Below, in pieces: positions 35,768-43,699 of a stretch of 60,106 nt of DNA (the first letter of the stretch is position 1; each line of letters opens with the position of its first letter). Source of the stretch: a virus. The notes under the pieces are model-generated. The model made no database searches, was not told the DNA's origin, and worked only from the letters and a program-made list of their open reading frames with translations. Position numbers and translations under genes: made by a program. The stretch lies in the IMG/VR virus record IMGVR_UViG_3300029427_000002, positions 1 to 60,106 of that record, one strand, 5' to 3'.

Positions 35768-36955
35768 ATGGGAAAGGATTTAAAAGGTAAAGAGCTAGGA
35801 AATGGAATCTGTCAACGGAAGAACGGAAAATATTGTGGCAGGTATGTTGATAGATTCGGTCAGAGAAAAAGCATTTATGACGATAAACTGTCAGAATTAA
35901 GAAAGAAACTTGCAATTGCAATAGCTGATAGTCAGTCATTTACAAGCATAAGAGATAACATTAAGTTGGACGATTGGTTTAATCGTTGGGTAGATGTGTA
36001 CAAAAAGAAAAGTGTACGCCCCAATACACTTAGGGAATACACTCACATATACACTAAGAATATATCACCTTTTTTGGGAAATCGCAACATAAATTCCTTT
36101 GTTAAGTCGGATATTCAACAATTAATTGATATTACTGACGATAAGGGCTATGGATATGAACGGCAAAACAAAATTAAAGTTATATTATCAGACATGTTTT
36201 CAAGAGCGATGGAAGATGAGCTTATGTCCAGAAATCCAACAAAAGGAGTTAAATTGAGGGCAAAAAAGGAAGTTTTCGCTAAAGCATTAACAATTGATGA
36301 ACAAGAAGTATTTTTTGAATGCTGTGCTGGCACATTTTACGACAATCTATTCAATATTGCTGTAAATACAGGGTTGAGACCGGGAGAACTTTTTGCCTTA
36401 ACTGAAAATGATATTGATTTTGAAAATGGGCTAATAAATGTATCTAAGACGCTTGTATATCAGAAATACCTTGATGATGAACGCAAGGAATTTCATTTAG
36501 AAGAGCCTAAAACAGAACAGAGCAATAGGAAAGTGCCTATGAACAGCTTATGCAGAAAGCATCTTGAAAGGCAGATAAGGCAGAAGCATGTTATCAAAAA
36601 CAAACAACCTAAAGAGCAGAACGACTATTTATTTACAACAAAATTTAACACACCACTTAATTCGGTTTTATACAGTGCGGCGATTGATTCTATTGTAGAT
36701 ACAATAAATCTTGTCCGTTCTGTTGATGAAGAAATGGAATATTTCAGCGGTCATGCTTTAAGACACACATTTGCAACAAGATGCTTTGAGGCGGGTGTGC
36801 AGCCGAAAGTTGTTCAATCATATTTAGGTCATGCAACATTACAAATGACAATGGATTTATACACACATGTTATGCCACAGAAAGCAAGTGACGACATTGA
36901 AAGAATTGTTAAAAACGAAAATAAAATTGTTGACTTTGTGAAAAACGTGGTGTAA
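35768..36955 (+). CDS. int: Tyrosine integrase
   Basis: GLRPGELFAL...; HALRHTFATRCFEAGVQPKVVQSYLGHATLQMTMDLYTHV catalytic box. Confidence 0.9.
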   Translation: MGKDLKGKELGNGICQRKNGKYCGRYVDRFGQRKSIYDDKLSELRKKLAIAIADSQSFTSIRDNIKLDDWFNRWVDVYKKKSVRPNTLREYTHIYTKNISPFLGNRNINSFVKSDIQQLIDITDDKGYGYERQNKIKVILSDMFSRAMEDELMSRNPTKGVKLRAKKEVFAKALTIDEQEVFFECCAGTFYDNLFNIAVNTGLRPGELFALTENDIDFENGLINVSKTLVYQKYLDDERKEFHLEEPKTEQSNRKVPMNSLCRKHLERQIRQKHVIKNKQPKEQNDYLFTTKFNTPLNSVLYSAAIDSIVDTINLVRSVDEEMEYFSGHALRHTFATRCFEAGVQPKVVQSYLGHATLQMTMDLYTHVMPQKASDDIERIVKNENKIVDFVKNVV

Positions 36956-37240
36956 ATGCGGTGTAAATATACGCCATACACCAACTAAAAATCCAGTATT
37001 TATGCTATTTAGAAGATTAAAAATGTATAATATTTTAGAAACTTATTATGTATACCAGATAACTCCTTATGACCTTAATGAAAGTTATGATAATTACTGT
37101 ATTTAAGGGATTTTGCGGAGGATAAAATAAAAGTGCTTACTCCATCTATACACCACATAAATCTATATATTTCTATGTATTTCAATGGCAAAATGGTGTA
37201 AAAATGGTGTACGGAAAATTTAATGGTGTACGGATAAAGA
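36947..37240. other. attP region with arm-type repeats GGTGTA(A/C) flanking a ~165-bp core
   Basis: Direct copies at 36947, 36958, 37193, 37204 and 37233; inverted copies at 36977 and 37149; 11-bp phasing within pairs. Confidence 0.6.
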
Positions 37241-37276
37241 CAATTAAATAAAAGAGCTTTTGCGTGATGTAAATAT

Positions 37277-37309
37277 GAGAAGAACTTGATAATGTTCTTC
37301 TCTTTTTTT
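37277..37309 (+). terminator. Intrinsic terminator
   Basis: GAGAAGAAC-ttgataat-GTTCTTCTC followed by TTTTTTT. Confidence 0.75.
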
Positions 37310-37344
37310 ATGCCAAAATTAAGTTAGAAAGAGAGGTAGTGCGA

Positions 37345-37503
37345 ATGTTTTCGGATGAAATTAGAGAAAAAATCTTAAGCAAAGAAGAATTACAGAAACT
37401 TGACTTAGTAACATTATCTCTTGTTATCCACGCAATCGAAGAAGTCTTGGAGGAGGTAGAAGATGATAAACAATCCTTATCAGACAACACCTATGATGAA
37501 TAA
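37345..37503 (+). CDS. Possible acidic micro-protein (52 aa)
   Basis: AGAGAGG SD; overlaps the next gene by 41 nt. Confidence 0.3.
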   Translation: MFSDEIREKILSKEELQKLDLVTLSLVIHAIEEVLEEVEDDKQSLSDNTYDE

Positions 37504-37996
37504 TAATTATATGCCTATGCAGAATCCATATGCGGATAGAATGAACTTTTTGCAAAATTATCAACAGAGCTTACAACAACAGCCTATGCAGATAAATCAA
37601 CAGCCTATTCCACAGCAGGTGTCAGGCATTAACGGAAGAATAGTACAAACAGTTGAAAATATTAACGCTAATGAAGTGCCTATGGATGGCTCAATGGCAT
37701 TTTTCCCGAAACAGGATATGTCGGAGATTTATGTCAAGGGTTGGAATGCCGACGGAACAATTAGAACGATTGTGTATAAGCCTTATACAGACCCTAAAGA
37801 TAATCAGACAGTAAATTCTATGTCTAACGCAGAAAACGCTAAATTTACCCTATCAGACGAAAGCACACAGCTGTTTCTGAATAAGTTTGAGGAATTATCA
37901 GAGAAAATAGGGCAGTTGGAAGATAGATTTGATAAATCTTTAGGAACACAGAGAAAAACTTCAAAAACTCAAAGTAAAGGCGGTGATGAAGAATGA
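37463..37996 (+). CDS. Q/N/M/P-rich N-terminus plus a globular C-domain, unknown function
   Basis: GGAGGAGG SD; MINNPYQTTPMMNNNYMPMQNPY... Confidence 0.65.
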   Translation: MINNPYQTTPMMNNNYMPMQNPYADRMNFLQNYQQSLQQQPMQINQQPIPQQVSGINGRIVQTVENINANEVPMDGSMAFFPKQDMSEIYVKGWNADGTIRTIVYKPYTDPKDNQTVNSMSNAENAKFTLSDESTQLFLNKFEELSEKIGQLEDRFDKSLGTQRKTSKTQSKGGDEE

Positions 37997-38223
37997 ACCC
38001 AATTAACATTTTTCAGATGATAAAAGCTGGTCCGCAACAGTTTATACATCAGATGATGGGAAATAATCAGATTATGAGCAATCCTATGATGAAAAACACT
38101 ATGCAGATGGCACAGCAGGGCAATATGCAAGGCATAGAGCAGATGGCTAGAAATTTATGCAAGGAAAAGGGGTTAAATGCAGATGATGTATTTAATCAGA
38201 TAAAAAGCAGATTTGGTAATTAG
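37993..38223 (+). CDS. Met/Gln-rich small protein (76 aa)
   Basis: ATGA coupling. Confidence 0.6.
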   Translation: MNPINIFQMIKAGPQQFIHQMMGNNQIMSNPMMKNTMQMAQQGNMQGIEQMARNLCKEKGLNADDVFNQIKSRFGN

Positions 38224-38293
38224 CAGCATATTAGATGTCTTTGCAAACTACCTAGGTGACATCTTTATGAATATATTTTTAGGAGGTAACAAT

Positions 38294-39082
38294 ATGTTTT
38301 CGAATTCAAATTGTGCCAGCGTACCATTAGTCGCTAATATTGACGGCAACGGCAATAACGGCGGATGGGCTGACGGCGGATGGCTTTGGATAATCGTTGT
38401 ATTCGCATTACTCTTTGGATGGGGCAATGGTGGATTTGGCGGATTTGGCGGTAATAATGGCGGTGGCTATGTTGCGACAGCGGCTACACAAGCTGATATT
38501 CAGAGAGGATTTGATAATTCAGCAGTTATCAGCAAGTTAGATGGTATTTCTAATGGACTTTGTGATGGATTCTACGCTATGAACAATAGCATGCTTACTG
38601 GTTTTAATGGTATCAACACAAATATCATGCAGACTGGCTATGGCATACAGCAGGCTATTAACGCTGATACAGTCGCTAATATGCAGAATACTAACGCTTT
38701 GCAGTCACAGATTGCTAACTGCTGCTGTGAGACAAGAGAAGCCATCCAAGGTGTAAACTACAACATGGCAACTAACACTTGTGCTTTACAGAACACAATG
38801 TGCAACAACACAAGAGATATTATCGACAGCCAGCAGGCAGGAACAAGAGCTATTCTTGATTACTTATGTACAAAGGAAAATGCAGATTTGAGAGATAAGG
38901 TGCAGAGACTTGAACTTTCTGCTTCACAGGATAGACAGAATGCACTTCTGACTACTGCAATGACAGCGCAGACACAGCAGATTGTCAACTCTGTAAATCC
39001 TACAGCTATTCCAGCCTATGTTGTGCCTAATCCTAATGCTTATGCTTATGGATGTGGTTGCAATACAGGATGCGGCTGCTAA
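38294..39082 (+). CDS. Gly-rich membrane protein with a Cys-rich C-domain ending GCGCNTGCGC
   Basis: AGGAGG SD before ATG 38294; GGWLWIIVVFALLFGWGNGGFGGFGG TM; CCCE and multiple C..C motifs. Confidence 0.65.
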   Translation: MFSNSNCASVPLVANIDGNGNNGGWADGGWLWIIVVFALLFGWGNGGFGGFGGNNGGGYVATAATQADIQRGFDNSAVISKLDGISNGLCDGFYAMNNSMLTGFNGINTNIMQTGYGIQQAINADTVANMQNTNALQSQIANCCCETREAIQGVNYNMATNTCALQNTMCNNTRDIIDSQQAGTRAILDYLCTKENADLRDKVQRLELSASQDRQNALLTTAMTAQTQQIVNSVNPTAIPAYVVPNPNAYAYGCGCNTGCGC

Positions 39083-39223
39083 ACAATTAAATAATCAAGT
39101 ATCTTAATCAAATTTGCTCGGTTTAATTCTTGGTTTTAATCGGTTTAATCGAGTTAAGTATCGAGTTTAACTCGAAAGAAAACTCGGGAGATTATGTCTG
39201 CTAAGCAGTATTACTTATAATCA

Positions 39224-39254
39224 AAGGGCAGGCTATAATGTTTGCCCTTATTTT
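39224..39254 (+). terminator. Intrinsic terminator
   Basis: AAGGGCA-12 nt-TGCCCTT followed by ATTTTAATT. Confidence 0.6.
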
Positions 39255-39275
39255 AATTATCTGGAGGTTTCTAAA

Positions 39276-39491
39276 ATGGAAGAATTAAAAAATAAGTTTA
39301 TAGAAGCAATTAAAAGCATAGATTTTAATAAGCTTAATATCTATGAATTAAAAACTGTATCAGAAATTTCTGATACAGTAGATAAGATGGCGAAGAAAGA
39401 TTATACAGAATTGCTTAAAGAGTCTATGGTTTCAATGGGAGTAAAAACTTCAAAAGAAGAGAAACCTAAAACAATAGGAGAAATGAAATAA
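39276..39491 (+). CDS. Hypothetical protein (71 aa)
   Basis: TGGAGG SD. Confidence 0.55.
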   Translation: MEELKNKFIEAIKSIDFNKLNIYELKTVSEISDTVDKMAKKDYTELLKESMVSMGVKTSKEEKPKTIGEMK

Positions 39492-39504
39492 GGAGGTTTT
39501 TATT

Positions 39505-39933
39505 ATGGCTGAATTTTCAAATGTTGCAACACAGACAGTTGCAGTAAACGGAAATGTATTATTTACAGATGCACCAACATCTGTATGCAACAAAGGATAT
39601 ATTTCGCACAGAACAGGAAGCGGATTAATCAACCTTAAAGGTGCTACTAACACTTGCAAGGCAAAGTACAGAGTAGAATTTAATGGAAATATTGCGGTTC
39701 CTACAGGCGGAACTGCAGAAGCAATTTCATTAGCTATTGCCGTCGAGGGCGAGCCAGACTTATCTACGCTGGCAATTTCTACACCGACAGCAGTTGAAGC
39801 ATTTAACAATGTTTCTATGGCTACAGATGTATGGCTTTCTTGTGGTTGCTGCCAGGCAATCTCTGTTAAGAATACATCTACACAGGCTATTAGTGTGGCT
39901 AATGCAAATATCACAATCAACAGAATAGGTTAA
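39505..39933 (+). CDS. BclA C-terminal/C1q-TNF-like jelly-roll domain protein (stand-alone)
   Basis: Alternating beta pattern NGNVLFTD...KYRVEFNGNIAV...ISLAIAVEGEP...ISVKNTSTQAISVANANITINRI; AAGGAGG SD. Confidence 0.4.
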   Translation: MAEFSNVATQTVAVNGNVLFTDAPTSVCNKGYISHRTGSGLINLKGATNTCKAKYRVEFNGNIAVPTGGTAEAISLAIAVEGEPDLSTLAISTPTAVEAFNNVSMATDVWLSCGCCQAISVKNTSTQAISVANANITINRIG

Positions 39934-39952
39934 GAAAGTGAGGTAAACAACT

Positions 39953-40588
39953 ATGCATATTGAAAGAATACACAAAATGGTTGAGTGCCTTACCGAAAAG
40001 ACACTATCTGAACTTGATAAGGGCATTGAAAATGTAAATGTTGAGGAAATGTCAGAAGCTGTGGATATGATTAAGGATTTATGCGAAGCTGAATATCGTG
40101 CAGTTATCGTTAAGTCTATGAAAAAGGCTGATGAAGAGGAAGAAGAGTACGACAAAGAGCTCCTAAGAAGTCTTAAGACAGAATATGGCGAAGAAAATGG
40201 CAGAAGATTTTACGACCACTACCGCTATGCTAATGGCAGATTTGCCCCAAAAGGCAAAGGAACATACCGCAGAGGATATGAAGAGCCACCTTATATGCAC
40301 ATGTACCCAGAAGTAGAGCGTATGAGGGATATGGATAGGGATTATGGCAAGATGTACTATACAGAGCCAATGAACGAAAGCGGCTATGACAGGGCAAAGA
40401 GAAACTACACAGAGACTAAGGAAATGCATAAGAATAATACACCAGAAGATAAGGAACACAAGATGAAGTCACTTGACAGCTACACTAAGGAACTCGCAAG
40501 CGATATCACAGGTATGGTGACTGATATGTCGGCAGAGGAGAAGAACTTACTTAGAACAAAGTTAAGTACTCTTGTATCTAAGATATGA
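39953..40588 (+). CDS. Charged Tyr/Arg/Met-rich protein (211 aa), unknown
   Basis: GTGAGG SD. Confidence 0.65.
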   Translation: MHIERIHKMVECLTEKTLSELDKGIENVNVEEMSEAVDMIKDLCEAEYRAVIVKSMKKADEEEEEYDKELLRSLKTEYGEENGRRFYDHYRYANGRFAPKGKGTYRRGYEEPPYMHMYPEVERMRDMDRDYGKMYYTEPMNESGYDRAKRNYTETKEMHKNNTPEDKEHKMKSLDSYTKELASDITGMVTDMSAEEKNLLRTKLSTLVSKI

Positions 40589-40594
40589 TTCTAA

Positions 40595-40628
40595 AGGCTA
40601 TGGGTAGCAATATTCATAGCCTGTTTTT
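40595..40628 (+). terminator. Intrinsic terminator
   Basis: AGGCTATG-12 nt-CATAGCCT followed by GTTTTT. Confidence 0.7.
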
Positions 40629-40679
40629 GCACATTGATAACTGAATATTGGCTAGTGAAAAAATATTTTAAAATAATGC

Positions 40680-40721
40680 TTGACAATAAGGTGTGACATA
40701 AATATAATAAAGGTGTGACAA
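40680..40721 (+). promoter_or_regulatory. Promoter TTGACA-17-TATAAT with two direct AAGGTGTGACA repeats (operators)
   Basis: One repeat lies in the spacer and one lies just downstream of -10. Confidence 0.6.
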
Positions 40722-40738
40722 GAAAGGAAGTGATGTTT

Positions 40739-40912
40739 ATGTCACCAGCAGGCAGACCTAAAGCTGATAATCCGAAGTCAAGTAGATTTAGTATCAGACT
40801 TGATGAAGAAACAGAAAGAAAGCTGAAAATCTATTGTGAACAGCACGATATCACAAAAGGTGAAGCTATCAGAAGAGGAATACATCTGCTTTTAGCTAAA
40901 GAAAAAGAGTAG
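40739..40912 (+). CDS. Ribbon-helix-helix (CopG/Arc-like) regulator
   Basis: SSRFSIRLDEETERKLKIYCEQHDITKGEAIRRGIHLLL. Confidence 0.65.
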   Translation: MSPAGRPKADNPKSSRFSIRLDEETERKLKIYCEQHDITKGEAIRRGIHLLLAKEKE

Positions 40913-41130
40913 TTGTAACCAAGCACGATAAACAACTACTCTTGCCAATTCCACAGGGAACATAAATATATTACTATGTTTCTAATGGGATTGCAAGCAG
41001 ACAATATAGAGATTGTAACAAAAAATAAAATACAAATAAAATAACCAAAAGCACGATAAAAAATAGATAGCGATTATACAAAAGATGAAACAATCTCTGT
41101 ATTACAGCTTTATTCACAGGAGGAAATATT

Positions 41131-41274
41131 ATGACAGCACCAATGAGTTTCAAATCAATTATGATTCCAGAATGGCAATATGACAAAATGGTTAAATCAT
41201 ATGATGAAGCGGTGAATAAAATCCGTGAGCTTGAAGAGGAGTTAGCAAAGTATAAGAAATGCACTAGCTTATAG
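41131..41274 (+). CDS. Small protein (47 aa)
   Basis: AGGAGGAAATATT-ATG; preferred over the antisense track ORF 40974..41264. Confidence 0.45.
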   Translation: MTAPMSFKSIMIPEWQYDKMVKSYDEAVNKIRELEEELAKYKKCTSL

Positions 41275-41346
41275 AGTTATTCCTCTATGATGATTTAACA
41301 GCATTCTGGGCATAATAATAATCATCAACAGTTGGAGGAATAAACA

Positions 41347-42198
41347 ATGTTATTAGAAACTATAAGTAATACACAGGATATGAACTACAAGACACCCATT
41401 GAGGTTGAATTAGGAATTGATGATAAGGGAATGACAACAGCAAGAAAATTGTATCAGTTTTTAGAACTTGCGCCACAGAATTACTCAAGGTGGGTTAAGT
41501 CAAACATTATTGACAATGAATTTGCCGCAGAAAATGAAGATTATTTTTACTCTTCATCAATGAAGAATGAACAAGGGAGAGGCAATTTTGCTGATGATTA
41601 CAAACTAACAGCACATTTTGCTAAGAAGTTGTCTGTCAAGGGTAACGGAGAAAAAGCGGAACAGGCAAGAGAATATTTTGCAACAGTTGAGGAAAGAGTT
41701 AAGCAGAAAGTGATTGACCTTGAACAGCTTGACCCTCAAACAAAGCTGATGAACTTGCTTGTACAGCAAATATCAAGAAATGAGCTTGAACAGAAGCAAC
41801 TTGCAAAAGAAGTCAGAGAAGTAAAACAGACACAGAATGCTATTGCTGAAACATTCCAAAGAGTAGATGATGTTGAGAACTTCCAGAAATGGGTCAATTC
41901 TTGCATTACAAAGATTGCTGAAAGTCCTTACTTTAACAAAGGTGATACCAGAGATAAGAGATATTCGTATGCAAGAAAAGAAAGTTACGAAAGACTAATG
42001 CAGAAAAGAAATTGCAGGCTTGATGATAGAGTTCAGAGAGCTGTCGGCAGAGCTTTGGAAGAAAGACCAGACATTAAAAAGTCTGAACTTAAGAAAATCA
42101 ACAAGCTATATGTAATTGCCAACGATAAAGACCTTAAACCAGCTTATGAGTTGGTAATTAAGGAAATGATGATATGTTATTGTGTAAAGAGTGCATAA
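41347..42198 (+). CDS. AntA/AntB-type antirepressor
   Basis: MTTARKLYQFLELAPQNYSRWVKSNI...YKLTAHFAKKLSVKGNGEKAEQAREYF. Confidence 0.7.
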   Translation: MLLETISNTQDMNYKTPIEVELGIDDKGMTTARKLYQFLELAPQNYSRWVKSNIIDNEFAAENEDYFYSSSMKNEQGRGNFADDYKLTAHFAKKLSVKGNGEKAEQAREYFATVEERVKQKVIDLEQLDPQTKLMNLLVQQISRNELEQKQLAKEVREVKQTQNAIAETFQRVDDVENFQKWVNSCITKIAESPYFNKGDTRDKRYSYARKESYERLMQKRNCRLDDRVQRAVGRALEERPDIKKSELKKINKLYVIANDKDLKPAYELVIKEMMICYCVKSA

Positions 42199-42275
42199 CA
42201 ATTAAATACATTAAGCAAACGCCACTAGCCAATATCGGTTAGTGGTTTTTGTTTTATTCAGAAAGGAGCATACAG

Positions 42276-42596
42276 ATGATTTTTAGCATCAATGGCACAA
42301 TCTGGCAAGTGCAATATAAAAATTCAAATTCGGGCGAATTAAAGCGGTCAGACGGCACAATCAGCTTAGGTGTAACTGATAGAAATACACATACAATTTA
42401 TCTATCAAATGCCTTGCGTGGATTTATGCAACGCAAAGTGCTGATACACGAAGTATGCCATGCAATCTGTATGTCCTATGATGTGTATTTGCCGATTGAA
42501 CAGGAAGAGATATTGTGTGATTTTGTAGCAACTTATGGAGATGAAGTGTTTGATATTGTTGATATGGTGCTTGGAGCAGTTAGGAGAGTAGGATAA
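42276..42596 (+). CDS. Small zinc metallopeptidase (HExxH; ImmA-like)
   Basis: VLIHEVCHAI; GAAAGGAG SD before ATG 42276. Confidence 0.6.
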   Translation: MIFSINGTIWQVQYKNSNSGELKRSDGTISLGVTDRNTHTIYLSNALRGFMQRKVLIHEVCHAICMSYDVYLPIEQEEILCDFVATYGDEVFDIVDMVLGAVRRVG

Positions 42597-42742
42597 TGAG
42601 TATTGATGAGTTATTAAAGATAGTTCAAAAGACTAATCCGACTATGACTAAGGAATTATTGATATATGAACTAAGTCAATGCCGGTATGCAAGTAAAGCA
42701 TTGATTTATACAGAAAGTTGTTGTGTTGACAATAATATTTAA
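42596..42742 (+). CDS. Small protein (48 aa)
   Basis: TAATG coupling to the peptidase gene. Confidence 0.4.
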   Translation: MSIDELLKIVQKTNPTMTKELLIYELSQCRYASKALIYTESCCVDNNI

Positions 42743-42754
42743 AAATGCTATTAT
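42726..42754 (+). promoter_or_regulatory. Promoter TTGACA-17-(TGc)TATTAT
   Basis: Consensus -35 and an extended -10, 120 nt upstream of the cas5-like start. Confidence 0.5.
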
Positions 42755-42816
42755 TTAATAGATGTAAACAATTGATAATTAATATATCATTTTACCTTAA
42801 TAGAACCATAGTGGAA

Positions 42817-42862
42817 AGTTGCATTGATACATTTTTGTATAGGTGCAACTTATTTTATTTTA
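42817..42862 (+). terminator. Terminator-like hairpin plus U-tract inside the cas5-like leader
   Basis: AGTTGCA..ATACA-tttt-TGTAT..TGCAACT followed by TATTTTATTTTA. Confidence 0.5.
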
Positions 42863-42873
42863 GAGGTTTTATT

Positions 42874-43572
42874 ATGAGAGTTGTAAGATTAAAAATGTAT
42901 CAAGAAATGGCTAGATTCAATAATCCATCAGCGCCAAAAGGTGCAGATTGCTACCCTTTGCCACCATTTAGCACAGTTAATGGGTTTATTCATTCAATGT
43001 GCCAATGGAAAAGGTATCATAAATTAGATTTTTTTGTTACTGGTAAAGGAATTTATAATACTAAGGTGCAAAAAGAATGGCACGGTGGCTATAATTTCAA
43101 CAAAATTAGCGATGAAATGCTTAAGCGTTGGGATGTTATAACAGATTATGCAGACGGAAGCCATACCGGCTGGGTTAGTACAGTTAAATATCATCTAATG
43201 CTAGTTGATTTATATACAACTATATACATCAAAGCTGATGATAGTGACATAGATGATATATACCATGCGTTACTAAAACCACCGGTATATCCATCATTAG
43301 GTGAGTATGGTGATTTATGCAAGATTGAAGCAGTAGATATTGTAGAACTTAAGGAACTTGACAAACCTATATCAGCTCCATTAGATACGCAATCTTATAT
43401 TCCTGTTAATAAAGGTAATTTCGTAGGAACTATATATAGAATTAATAACAAATATGAAATTATCAAAGGGCTTAGGCGATTCCAAAAAGTTCCTTGTTAC
43501 TTAGTGGATAAAGAACAGGAAGTTGTTAGTAATCTTTTTGATGACGATAAACCGATTATTTTTGTAGATTAA
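42874..43572 (+). CDS. cas5: Cas5 homologue, type I-B-like (232 aa), solitary
   Basis: MRVVRLKMYQEMARFNNP....YPLPPFSTVNGFIHSMC and SLGEYGDLCKIEAVDIVEL...YIPV...GTIYRIN match Cas5t/Cas5h hallmarks. Confidence 0.75.
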   Translation: MRVVRLKMYQEMARFNNPSAPKGADCYPLPPFSTVNGFIHSMCQWKRYHKLDFFVTGKGIYNTKVQKEWHGGYNFNKISDEMLKRWDVITDYADGSHTGWVSTVKYHLMLVDLYTTIYIKADDSDIDDIYHALLKPPVYPSLGEYGDLCKIEAVDIVELKELDKPISAPLDTQSYIPVNKGNFVGTIYRINNKYEIIKGLRRFQKVPCYLVDKEQEVVSNLFDDDKPIIFVD

Positions 43573-43576
43573 TTTA

Positions 43577-43630
43577 AACCCCACGGAATATAATGCAACT
43601 TTTTTGCTACCTCCGTGGGGTTCTCTTTTA
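43577..43630 (+). terminator. Terminator-like hairpin (11-bp stem)
   Basis: AACCCCACGGA-24 nt-TCCGTGGGGTT followed by CTCTTTTA. Confidence 0.55.
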
Positions 43631-43699
43631 TATTCGTAATTTCGATTTTGACAATTTTCAAAATCCGGTTCAGATTTCGTTCAAATCCTACTTAAAAAA

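Noticed and set aside
40974-41264. 96-aa minus-strand ORF
   Set aside because: It has no SD and a hydrophobic low-complexity translation. The + strand carries a 47-aa ORF with a perfect AGGAGG SD in the same interval.
42745-42873. N-terminal 43 aa of the track ORF 42745..43572
   Set aside because: This stretch overlaps a consensus promoter and a terminator-like hairpin. The Cas5 homology begins at MRVVRLK (ATG 42874), which has its own SD.
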